This document shows positions 9,422-17,921 of a stretch of 26,476 bases of DNA, one piece after another. How positions within the stretch are numbered: the first letter of the stretch is position 1; every line of letters starts with the position of its first letter. The DNA is from Promethearchaeota archaeon. GTDB taxonomy: Archaea; Asgardarchaeota; Lokiarchaeia; Sigyniarchaeales; SOKP01. The DNA lies in contig JABXKD010000051.1 in the NCBI GenBank assembly GCA_013375475.1, forward strand, positions 1 through 26,476, read 5' to 3'. A program made the position numbers and the translations under genes. The notes below the pieces were generated by a model that was not told the origin of the DNA, searched no databases, and worked only from the letters and a program-made list of their open reading frames with translations.

Positions 9422-9597
9422 ATACTAAGATACGCCCCTTTTATTTAATAATTTTTTCTTTCAAAAAAGATGATAGTGTTATTTTTCCATATTCTATAGT
9501 TACTTCTTTAACTAGAGTAAGATTTATATAGATAACCAGTAAAATATAGATTGATTAATTACAAATTTAAATACAAAATAAAAATTTAGGGTTAAAA

Positions 9598-10452
9598 ATG
9601 AAAAAAACGAAGATAATATTATTGATTTTAATTGCATTTTCAATTGCTTTTTCGTTTATACCATCCGCTACTCCGCAAATTGGCACATACACATTCCACG
9701 GCGCTTCAGGAAATGAAAAAACATTAGTTGTAAGGACAGCAAATAATGCTAGTTTGGAAATAGTTTTTGGACCGGGATATGTTGGAGTATTGGAAACTGC
9801 TTTTGGAGTAGGAGCCTTACAAGTGGGCGCCAAGAAAAAATCTCTAGTGACTGATGTTAATTTTACTTATAAAGAAGATTTAACATTTTTAGGTCTAGGA
9901 ATTTATGATGCAACACGATATAATACCAGTAACTGGGGATGGACATTAGATTCTTTTGCCTCTAATCCCGATACCACAGGGGACTTAGTAACTTCATTAT
10001 ATAATCCAGTGAATCTTACTCAAATTGTCCAGGCACTCTGGATAGCCTTAACTATGGATGTTACTATTCAGAATGGAGCTGCTTATTTTGCCCAACTGCC
10101 CACATCTGTTGCTCAATATTTAGGTGCAATAGTATGGGAGCCAAAATGGGAAAATGTAGGAAATACAGTAGTACATAATGCCGTTTTAGGAGATTTTGGA
10201 ATTCTCCCCACATTAGCTTTCTTTACCTATTTCCATAATTGTACTGAAACCTGGACATATGATAGCACATATGGATCATGGATTGGATATAAAATAGTGG
10301 CTAATAGTACCACCATTTACGAATTTTCTATAGAATTAACGACGGCCGCTGAGATTCCTGGTTTTGAACTTTCAGTACTAACAGTTACTTCACTAAGCGC
10401 GACGGTAGTTCTGATTTTTGTAATAATGAAAAAGAAAAATAAAATTATTTAA
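9598..10452 (+). CDS. Secreted surface (glyco)protein with Loki-CTERM/PGF-CTERM-type sorting signal
   Basis: N-terminal signal peptide (MKKTK + hydrophobic stretch); C-terminal IPGF + TM helix + KKKNK; six N-x-S/T sequons. Confidence 0.85.
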   Translation: MKKTKIILLILIAFSIAFSFIPSATPQIGTYTFHGASGNEKTLVVRTANNASLEIVFGPGYVGVLETAFGVGALQVGAKKKSLVTDVNFTYKEDLTFLGLGIYDATRYNTSNWGWTLDSFASNPDTTGDLVTSLYNPVNLTQIVQALWIALTMDVTIQNGAAYFAQLPTSVAQYLGAIVWEPKWENVGNTVVHNAVLGDFGILPTLAFFTYFHNCTETWTYDSTYGSWIGYKIVANSTTIYEFSIELTTAAEIPGFELSVLTVTSLSATVVLIFVIMKKKNKII

Positions 10453-10462
10453 TTTTTTTTTT
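10453..10462 (+). terminator. Oligo-T (T10) archaeal-type terminator
   Basis: T10 immediately after the stop codon, between convergent genes. Confidence 0.5.
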
Positions 10463-10518
10463 ATTTCTAATTTTTAATTTGAGAATTTTAAGCATAAAGA
10501 ATAAGAAAATACAATTAT

Positions 10519-11289
10519 TTAGAGATCTTCCTTTTTAGAAAAGAGGTTTCCTAGAAGATTTATCTTTCCATTAATTATCCAGCGCGAAAGGTACATGAAT
10601 GGGGTGTCAATGGCTCCAAAGAACCATTTTGTAAGCAGTTGACCCCAAATCATTAGTAATATAACATCAAGGGGAAATTCACCTCCAAAAGCTATGCTAA
10701 TGAATAATAAGCTATCTAAAGCTAATGTTGGTATATCGCTGAACACATTTCTTATCCAGAGATTTTTATCCTTTGTTAATTTTTTAAGCTTAGCGTATAA
10801 AATGGCATCTAAATTTTCGGTTATAATAAAGGAAATCCAAGAAGCGATAGTAATTCGAACAGTCGATCCTAAAAAGTTTAACCAATATTGTTGAGCTTCA
10901 GCAGGGGTGCTTCCCCAATCAAACCCCCAAAATGGAGCAGCACGAACTTCGATGCTAAACCATATAAAGATGGCCATGAATATTTGAGTCACAAAAGCAA
11001 TAAATATCATTCTGTGAGTTCTTTTTCGCCCAAAATTCTCATTAACCATGTCCGTTATTTGAAATGTGAAAGGAAATATAAGAACCGCCACTGGTGCAGT
11101 GATTTGATACCCAAATATGCTAAAATCCCCGATTTTTGCTGCCATTATTTGCGACATCGTAATGAACAAAACATAGAATGCTATAGCAACATCCTCTCGG
11201 TTTTGCATCTTAATATACTGACTAATTAGCGTTGTAGAAACGAAAATAACAACAATCCATATCAGAAAGACTAACCACATATATTTCAC
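10519..11289 (-). CDS. yhhQ: Queuosine/archaeosine precursor (preQ0/preQ1) transporter, YhhQ/VUT family
   Basis: FPFTFQITDMVNENFG, RITIASWISF, LWIRNVFS, DSLLF and DTPFMY motifs typical of the VUT (DUF165) family. Confidence 0.88.
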   Translation of the reverse strand: MKYMWLVFLIWIVVIFVSTTLISQYIKMQNREDVAIAFYVLFITMSQIMAAKIGDFSIFGYQITAPVAVLIFPFTFQITDMVNENFGRKRTHRMIFIAFVTQIFMAIFIWFSIEVRAAPFWGFDWGSTPAEAQQYWLNFLGSTVRITIASWISFIITENLDAILYAKLKKLTKDKNLWIRNVFSDIPTLALDSLLFISIAFGGEFPLDVILLMIWGQLLTKWFFGAIDTPFMYLSRWIINGKINLLGNLFSKKEDL

Positions 11290-11465
11290 TTAATACTTAT
11301 TTGAAATTTAATATAATCATTTTAAGTATTCATGCCCTTAAAAACTATATACATAACTGAAAAAGAATTAGCAGAATTCGGATCTTTTTTCCAAATACTC
11401 ATTCTTTTTTTTAGCATAAACATTATTGAAAAATAAAGTTCTAAAAATAAACATCTTACTGGAGA

Positions 11466-12785
11466 GTGTCTAATATCAATCAAAAAGTTATTGATAGCTT
11501 AATTAAATTATTAACTCAATTTATTGAGCGAAAGACTGGCACTTTCTCTATTAAAAATCGCAGTAATGCTGAGTTAGTTCATTATTATTACGAGATCCTC
11601 CGATATTGGAACAAAATCAATTTCATTTTAAAGCGAAAGCTTAAATTTTCTAAAAATTCACATGTTTCTAATAGGTATAGTATTGCTAAGTATCTAATTG
11701 CTATTTATCGAATCGTCTGGGAGAAGGAAAATGTTATAAAAGTAGGTAAAGAACTTAAATTCATTGAAGCGGAACTAAATCTTATAAAAAACCTTAAATC
11801 TTTTTCTTGGGAGCAAACATTAATTGGAGTAAAAGAGATTGAAAGGTTAAGTCTAGAAATCGCAATTCCAACTTTTTTAATTAATAAACTAGCAACTGTA
11901 ATGGATTTAGAAACTATTAGAGCAAATATTAAATCAATGGATGGTAGGGAGAGGAAAGAACGATTATATTTTCGATTTAATGATTTACTTTTTGATAAAA
12001 ACCTACAAGATTCATTAGACTTTTTTTTGCAGAATTTAAAAGAACAAGGAATTAAGGCTAAACTCGATACACATTTCTCAAATATTTTTTATACAACATT
12101 AAAAAATAAAAAGAAAATCCTTCTGAACAGATTTTATAAAGAAGGAAAACTCGTTATACAGGATAAGGCTTCTTTTGCGGTAGCCCAACTTTTAGAACCT
12201 CAAGCAAATGAGTTGATATGCGATATATGTGCTGCTCCTGGAATAAAGACTAGTATAATTGCTCAACTTTCTCAAAATCAGGCAATAGTTATAGCTAACG
12301 ACTTCAACAGATCGCGAGTAAGTGTAATGAAACCGCTTTTAAGAAAGTTAAACGTATCAAACACTAATCTATTGAATTCAGATGGTATTAAATTACCCAT
12401 TAGATTTACCAACTTCTTCGATAAGATTTTATTAGATGCACCTTGCACCGGAAGTGGAACATTTTCGACAAATCCCGAACTTAAATGGCGACAAAACGAA
12501 GGATTCCTACACCAAAATCTTGTGCTCCAAGAAAAGTTACTTAAAAGCGCTACTAATTTATTAAAACCATCTGGAATTCTTGTTTATTCTACATGTAGCC
12601 TTTATCCCGAGGAAGGAGAGTATCAAGTTTTAAAAATTTTAAACCATTTTAAGCCAATGGAGCTTCCAGAGTGGATATCTCCTAGCTACAAGATTGACCT
12701 ACAGCACATTCCTGGAACAGGAAGATTCTTTCCGGCAATCCACCAGACGAAAGGATTTTTTATCGCAAAATTCAAAAAAAAATAA
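11466..12785 (+). CDS. RsmB/NOP2/Fmu-family RNA m5C methyltransferase
   Basis: IQDKAS, DICAAPGIKT, FDKILLDAPCTGSG, LVYSTCS (both catalytic Cys present) and GFFIAK; helical N-terminal domain. Confidence 0.92.
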   Translation: MSNINQKVIDSLIKLLTQFIERKTGTFSIKNRSNAELVHYYYEILRYWNKINFILKRKLKFSKNSHVSNRYSIAKYLIAIYRIVWEKENVIKVGKELKFIEAELNLIKNLKSFSWEQTLIGVKEIERLSLEIAIPTFLINKLATVMDLETIRANIKSMDGRERKERLYFRFNDLLFDKNLQDSLDFFLQNLKEQGIKAKLDTHFSNIFYTTLKNKKKILLNRFYKEGKLVIQDKASFAVAQLLEPQANELICDICAAPGIKTSIIAQLSQNQAIVIANDFNRSRVSVMKPLLRKLNVSNTNLLNSDGIKLPIRFTNFFDKILLDAPCTGSGTFSTNPELKWRQNEGFLHQNLVLQEKLLKSATNLLKPSGILVYSTCSLYPEEGEYQVLKILNHFKPMELPEWISPSYKIDLQHIPGTGRFFPAIHQTKGFFIAKFKKK

Positions 12786-12827
12786 ATTCTATCATATTAA
12801 AAGAACTGTATCTAAGGTGAAACTAAA

Positions 12828-13637
12828 ATAACTGGAACTAAGTATTGGACCGTAGGACAAATTGACGCGACAGGAGTTAGAGGACCCCACGAGAAGGAAT
12901 TTGAAGATATTAGTAAATCAAAATATTCCCTTTTCGTTGATATTAACATGGCTACGCTGAAAAAGATAATAACTGAAGATATTGGAGGGAAAATTGAAAA
13001 CATTGGATTAAACGAAGATTGGACGATCACCTTAGAAATGTTCCCTGAAGTAAATATTCATTTAGCCTATTCGTATTTTGGCGATGAATTTGGGGATGGC
13101 ATTACAGCTGAGTTTAAGTGTTATTTTTCTGGAGAAAGAGCGATAATCGTACCCGGTGAAGATAGCGTAACATATGTTGACATTATCTTTGATTTTATAG
13201 AACGAATGATTAATCATAAAGATCCTTTTGAGAAATCTTATGCGACAAAAACAGATTTAATGAAGAAGGTATTAATCCAACGCATCGAGCCGTTTACCTT
13301 ATTAAAAGATAGCGATCAGAACAAACTTGCTTCTTTTCTAGGTGCTAAAGTCTGGAATACAGAAAATGGCTGGAGAATCAAAAAAGAGGTTTTTCCGGGA
13401 ATTTTTATTGAACTAACATACGATATACAAGGGAAACTAGATATCGCATATAAAGGTGTAACTCTTTCAAAAAAAATTGGTAGTTATCATATGGAATTTT
13501 TAGGTATTTTCCTAATCAATCATGTTCTTCGATATATTACGTTAAATAATCTAGATAAGAAATTGCCAGATATTTGCTATATTATGTTTTCGAGGTATTT
13601 CACAAAAATGAAGAATTGGAAACATAACCTTATGTAA
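12828..13637 (+). CDS. Protein with two tandem DUF3786-like repeats; probable ATA start
   Basis: LEMFPEVNIHLAYSYFGDEF...ED matches my recollection of the DUF3786 pattern; a second copy reads KEVFPGIFIELTY. The frame is open from 12816 and ATA 12828 lies 7 nt after AAGGTGA. The first ATG is at 12948. Confidence 0.65.
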   Translation: MTGTKYWTVGQIDATGVRGPHEKEFEDISKSKYSLFVDINMATLKKIITEDIGGKIENIGLNEDWTITLEMFPEVNIHLAYSYFGDEFGDGITAEFKCYFSGERAIIVPGEDSVTYVDIIFDFIERMINHKDPFEKSYATKTDLMKKVLIQRIEPFTLLKDSDQNKLASFLGAKVWNTENGWRIKKEVFPGIFIELTYDIQGKLDIAYKGVTLSKKIGSYHMEFLGIFLINHVLRYITLNNLDKKLPDICYIMFSRYFTKMKNWKHNLM

Positions 13638-13673
13638 ATAATTCATGAAAAATATAAAAAATTAGAAAAAAAA

Positions 13674-14228
13674 CTAGTTAACTGTCCATAAAACAGTTCT
13701 ACCTTGTTTTCTTGCGCGTTTAACTTTTCTAGAACTCTCTAAGTCTGCCATGACCTTCCAAATCTGTGAATTACTTAGTTTAAAATACTTTCTTAATTCT
13801 GGGGTAGACATTTCTACACCGCTCAGTAGATTTACGATTAATCGTTTCATTTCTTCAATCGTGTTTTCATTAGATTCAACTGGGACATCGTTTTCTACTT
13901 CGGTAATATCCATCTCGTGAATAATTCTAGTTGCAATCTTGTTAAGTTGTTTAATACTATTATCAATTCCTTGTGGTTTCATAAATAAACAACAGAGTTC
14001 TAAGTCATTCGGGAATGCCACGATGTAAAACTTATCGTACAAAATCGCTCTTGGTTTTTTTCCCGCGTTACCTCCTCGAAAAGCTAAATAAAAATTCATT
14101 GCAAAATCATCTAATTTCATGAGATTTGTAGAGCTTCCATATTCTTTTTTCCATTTAAGGAAAGGGCCGTCTATCATATCGAATCCTATTAAAGCTGCGC
14201 CAAAAAGTTCATTTTCATTGAAATTCAT
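13674..14228 (-). CDS. Longin (uDENN-like) domain fused to a C-terminal winged helix-turn-helix
   Basis: N-terminal LIGFDMIDGP hairpin and a predicted beta-beta-alpha-beta-beta-beta-alpha pattern; acidic linker; wHTH MSTPELRKYFKLSNSQIWKVMADLESSRKVKR...GRTVLW. GAGGT SD lies inside the GTPase gene. Confidence 0.72.
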   Translation of the reverse strand: MNFNENELFGAALIGFDMIDGPFLKWKKEYGSSTNLMKLDDFAMNFYLAFRGGNAGKKPRAILYDKFYIVAFPNDLELCCLFMKPQGIDNSIKQLNKIATRIIHEMDITEVENDVPVESNENTIEEMKRLIVNLLSGVEMSTPELRKYFKLSNSQIWKVMADLESSRKVKRARKQGRTVLWTVN

Positions 14229-14754
14229 CTTTTTTTGACCTCTTTCTTATTACAATTTGATTTAATTCTTTTCTTATAATATCCATTAATTTAAGTCTTT
14301 CACTCGGGTTAATAGCTGTAAGCCCATACGTTTTAATGTGAAGAATATTTTCCACTCTTTCGGGAGTCATTCGACCATCGTTTTTTTTAAGATCTTGTTT
14401 ATTTGCGATTGCAACTATTGGACATTCTTCATCAACAAAATGAGTAGCGTAATTGATTAATTCTCTAGAATTTAAAACATTCCTAGGAGTAGAATCAGTT
14501 ACTACAAAAAGGACATCTGAGCCTAATAGATAATCTCTGGAATAAGTTTTTAGGTAGCTTTGTTGACCCCCAAAATCCCAAATACGGATATTAAAATCGT
14601 CTAGTTTAATGGTCTTTAAATCAAATCCATGAGTGGGAAAATAAAATTTATCAATAAAATCTTTTGAAAGGAGCCTTAACATAGTAGTTTTTCCAACTGC
14701 GGGCGAACCTATGAATGTAACTTTCATTAATTTTGAAATTTCCGAACTTAGCAT
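14215..14754 (-). CDS. Ras-superfamily small GTPase, Arf-related
   Basis: G1 GSPAVGKTT, G2 PTHGF, G3 WDFGGQ, G4 NKQD, G5-like LTA. Confidence 0.93.
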   Translation of the reverse strand: MLSSEISKLMKVTFIGSPAVGKTTMLRLLSKDFIDKFYFPTHGFDLKTIKLDDFNIRIWDFGGQQSYLKTYSRDYLLGSDVLFVVTDSTPRNVLNSRELINYATHFVDEECPIVAIANKQDLKKNDGRMTPERVENILHIKTYGLTAINPSERLKLMDIIRKELNQIVIRKRSKKDEFQ

Positions 14755-14760
14755 TACTTA

Positions 14761-14773
14761 TTTCGTTACGAAA
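14761..14773. promoter_or_regulatory. Palindromic candidate operator TTTCGT-T-ACGAAA upstream of the GTPase operon
   Basis: Perfect 6-1-6 inverted repeat 7-19 nt upstream of ATG 14754, downstream of the TATA-like TTTAAAAA (minus strand, 14780-14787). Confidence 0.5.
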
Positions 14774-14861
14774 AGAATATTTTTAAAGAAAAAATGTGAA
14801 GTCATCTAGATATATCCAAGTAATATATAGATCATATGTTAAAAAATTGAGATTTCTTACC

Positions 14862-16769
14862 TTAGAGAATCGTACTAAATGTAATATTGTAAAAGAATAT
14901 AAGCAAAATAATTGAAAATAATGCTGGGATAATTAAACTGTAAGTAAATAGCCCTTGAGAAACTTTTATGCATTTAAAAAGAGTATTCATAATGACTTCG
15001 AAATATTTCGGATCTCCCCAAATTTTAACCTTTTCGACAACTGAATCATGGTAGTAAAATTCAACTTCTTCTAAATTGTTCTCTGCTTCAACGAGTAAGG
15101 TATCAATTTTTTCTAAAATTTTTTCTAAAGTTATCTTATCCCCTATTGGGCTGTAACCTCGCGGAGAAAATTGTCTTGCAACACTATGAGAATCCGAAGT
15201 TGTTATTTCTCCCCATTCTATTCCTCTATTTTGCAATTTATTAAGTACAAATGAACGAATATCTACATAAGCATTATTAGCATCAAAGTGGATAAGCACT
15301 GTTTTTTGGTTTGAAACGACATCCTTAAAAAGATGAACTACCAAACCACCAGTACCTATTCCATCCTTTTCTGAATATTCAAGCATTAAATCTTTTGCAA
15401 CACCGTATTGGACTGAAATCTTGTTAGAACGATCACTTTTTTTATTAGAAACTAAAAATTTTTCAGAAACAGAGATGAGATCTTTAGCTTCTAGTGATCT
15501 ATTTCTTATTAAGACTTCATCCCCAATTATGGAATTGTGAGAGTCGATAATAATGATTTCTCGATAACCTTTTGCTTTAGCTATTTTCCTAATTTCTTCT
15601 CCAACTTGCATTTGAATATCATCAGAAGGTAAAGGATGTCTTGTTAAAAATACAATAGCAATGTTATTTATATCGATACCTAATAATTTAGCGGAATTAG
15701 ACATATTTCTCGATGTTGTGTTTACTTCTTTGATCCATTCGTTCTTTGAATCTTCTTGAATATACTTTACATCGCTTTCTATTTTGCTCAAAACCTTTTC
15801 AAGTTCTTTCTGAGAGGTTAGATTCAGAGTGTGATCGTTGGTTGTATGGTAAATTGTTGTACCTTTAATGTTCTTGAATAAATCATAAATATGAGCTGGT
15901 AGATCAGAAGAACCACAAGTTTTAAAAGGTCCAAAATGGACTTGAGGAATAACAAATAAACCTTTGATTTTTTTAGTTTTTTCACTTCTTATCGCTAAAT
16001 ATTGGATTTTCACATTTGAATCTACTCCAATTTTATCAAAAAAACTTTCTAGCAACTCATCGTTGCCTTCCGTTAACATGGAAAGCACAAAAGCTCGAAT
16101 GAAAGGATATCCCCCAATCCCAGTTGCTTGTCTGTATATATTACTTACTCGAGATAAACTTCTTGCGTAAGGAATTGCAAAAATAACAGCACACACAGTA
16201 AAAAATAACATAGCTCTAAGGAAAAAAAAGAAGGGGAGTTGTGATGCGAAAATACTATAAAAAGTTATTTCTATAGCAGGTTGTACAAACGCTAATATAA
16301 AGTTGCCATATTTTCCAACTGTAGTGAAAGAAAAATATACTACATAGGTGATGATAAAAGAAATTATTGTGCCAAGAATAAGAAAAACTTCTTGAAAGGC
16401 TGCGTTTCTTAGGAAAATTGCAATAGTTTGACCGATTAAAAGTGAAAGTCCCATTACCCCAGTAAAAAGAGAATTCATTTGAAGTGCCCATCCTTTTGGA
16501 GGTAGAGTTAAGAGAGGTGATTTTTTTGAGTAAAATATAACCGATATTAATACTCCTCCTCCAGAAGTAAAATATATTGTAAGTAAGACATTGGATAAAT
16601 AAAAAAAGTTCCAAATATTGGTTAAAAGTGAATTTAAAATAAAAGATAGGAAACTTATTATACCAGGTAGGCAGAAAAATAATAATAGCGCTGATTTTTT
16701 TGAAGAGAAAAAATCTAAATACGATAAAATCCCGGGAATATGGCGAGTTGGTGGTTGTTGTGCATACAT
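14862..16769 (-). CDS. DUF2070 family membrane protein (predicted membrane-associated hydrolase, neutral-ceramidase-like)
   Basis: ~6 N-terminal TM helices and a C-terminal TM helix; HFGPF..GSSDLP, HTTNDH, DSHNS, FDANN and TSDSH motifs. Confidence 0.88.
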   Translation of the reverse strand: MYAQQPPTRHIPGILSYLDFFSSKKSALLLFFCLPGIISFLSFILNSLLTNIWNFFYLSNVLLTIYFTSGGGVLISVIFYSKKSPLLTLPPKGWALQMNSLFTGVMGLSLLIGQTIAIFLRNAAFQEVFLILGTIISFIITYVVYFSFTTVGKYGNFILAFVQPAIEITFYSIFASQLPFFFFLRAMLFFTVCAVIFAIPYARSLSRVSNIYRQATGIGGYPFIRAFVLSMLTEGNDELLESFFDKIGVDSNVKIQYLAIRSEKTKKIKGLFVIPQVHFGPFKTCGSSDLPAHIYDLFKNIKGTTIYHTTNDHTLNLTSQKELEKVLSKIESDVKYIQEDSKNEWIKEVNTTSRNMSNSAKLLGIDINNIAIVFLTRHPLPSDDIQMQVGEEIRKIAKAKGYREIIIIDSHNSIIGDEVLIRNRSLEAKDLISVSEKFLVSNKKSDRSNKISVQYGVAKDLMLEYSEKDGIGTGGLVVHLFKDVVSNQKTVLIHFDANNAYVDIRSFVLNKLQNRGIEWGEITTSDSHSVARQFSPRGYSPIGDKITLEKILEKIDTLLVEAENNLEEVEFYYHDSVVEKVKIWGDPKYFEVIMNTLFKCIKVSQGLFTYSLIIPALFSIILLIFFYNITFSTIL

Positions 16770-16896
16770 AAACGGTATGATTAATATAATTATTTCTTAT
16801 TAAAATTTTTTCAATTCCTACTTTTAATTTAATGAAGTATCCTTATAATTAAATGTGTTTAAAAAATTATAAATAATTAAAAAAATATTAGAAATT

Positions 16897-17904
16897 ATGT
16901 CAGATGATAATCCAAAACTGAACAGCTATTCAAGTAAACGATTTAGCGTTATTATAGCTGAAGGTTTTTATTTATTTGGCAAAAATTGGTTGACTTTAAT
17001 CCTACCTATAGGCTTATTTTTTATAGTTTCGTTAATAATTAAAAATTTAGTAATTGTCGAACTTGAATGGCAAGTAATTACTATGACCCCCACTATTGGA
17101 GTTATCCTTGAAGGGGATCCAACTCTGCTAACACCCGCAGAATTTCAACTATTGTTTAGATTCTTGTTTTTTGGGCTTTCTATTATTTTCTTAGAAAGTC
17201 TTATTTCAACTGTATTCACAGTAATACCATTATGCTTAGTAAGTAATTATTTATACAACAAATTTATTGGAAAAGAGACAAGTCTAATCTCTGAATTAAA
17301 AAGAGCTTTGAATGGGAGGTTCTTCTTAGTGTTACTTTTATTAGGAGTTGTATTTTCTGTAGGATGGGTGTTGTTTATACCTGGAATAATTCTCTTTGGA
17401 TTTTACATATTTTATCTCTTTACATATCATTCTGAGGATTCTGAACATCCTATAAAGGACGCTCGCCGTGTCGCAAAAGGAGAATTCTGGAAAATCATTG
17501 GTCTATTTATCCTCTATAATCTGATAATTATCATATGCGATACTATTTATCGCAGTATTATAGAAAATTTCGTAGACTTTTTTGACCCTTTTTTCTACAA
17601 TCCTTTAACTAGAGATTATGGAGTAATTATCCTTTATGATTTCATTCAGAGTATTGTTCCTTTTCTATTTTCACCATTATTAATTTGTTTACTAACGTCT
17701 CTATATGTTAATTTAAAGAAGAAAAAAGACCAATCTTCACTGTACAAATCCTCTTACCAAGAAGGCCCTCAGAGTTATAAAGCGACGCACTATGAAGCTG
17801 TAAGTGGTTCTGGGATTTATTGTCCCTTCTGTGGGAATTTTATGAGAACTAAATTCGATTTTTGTCTACATTGTGGAGAAAGCCTAAATTTTGAAATAGA
17901 ATAA
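16897..17904 (+). CDS. Membrane protein with C-terminal zinc ribbon
   Basis: 5-6 TM segments; terminal YCPFCG...FCLHCG. Confidence 0.85.
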   Translation: MSDDNPKLNSYSSKRFSVIIAEGFYLFGKNWLTLILPIGLFFIVSLIIKNLVIVELEWQVITMTPTIGVILEGDPTLLTPAEFQLLFRFLFFGLSIIFLESLISTVFTVIPLCLVSNYLYNKFIGKETSLISELKRALNGRFFLVLLLLGVVFSVGWVLFIPGIILFGFYIFYLFTYHSEDSEHPIKDARRVAKGEFWKIIGLFILYNLIIIICDTIYRSIIENFVDFFDPFFYNPLTRDYGVIILYDFIQSIVPFLFSPLLICLLTSLYVNLKKKKDQSSLYKSSYQEGPQSYKATHYEAVSGSGIYCPFCGNFMRTKFDFCLHCGESLNFEIE

Positions 17905-17921
17905 AAAATTAGTGATATATA

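Noticed and set aside
13674-13870. Z-alpha (Z-DNA/RNA-binding) assignment for the winged helix because of the terminal Trp
   Set aside because: The Asn and Tyr of the Z-alpha recognition helix and the wing prolines are absent.
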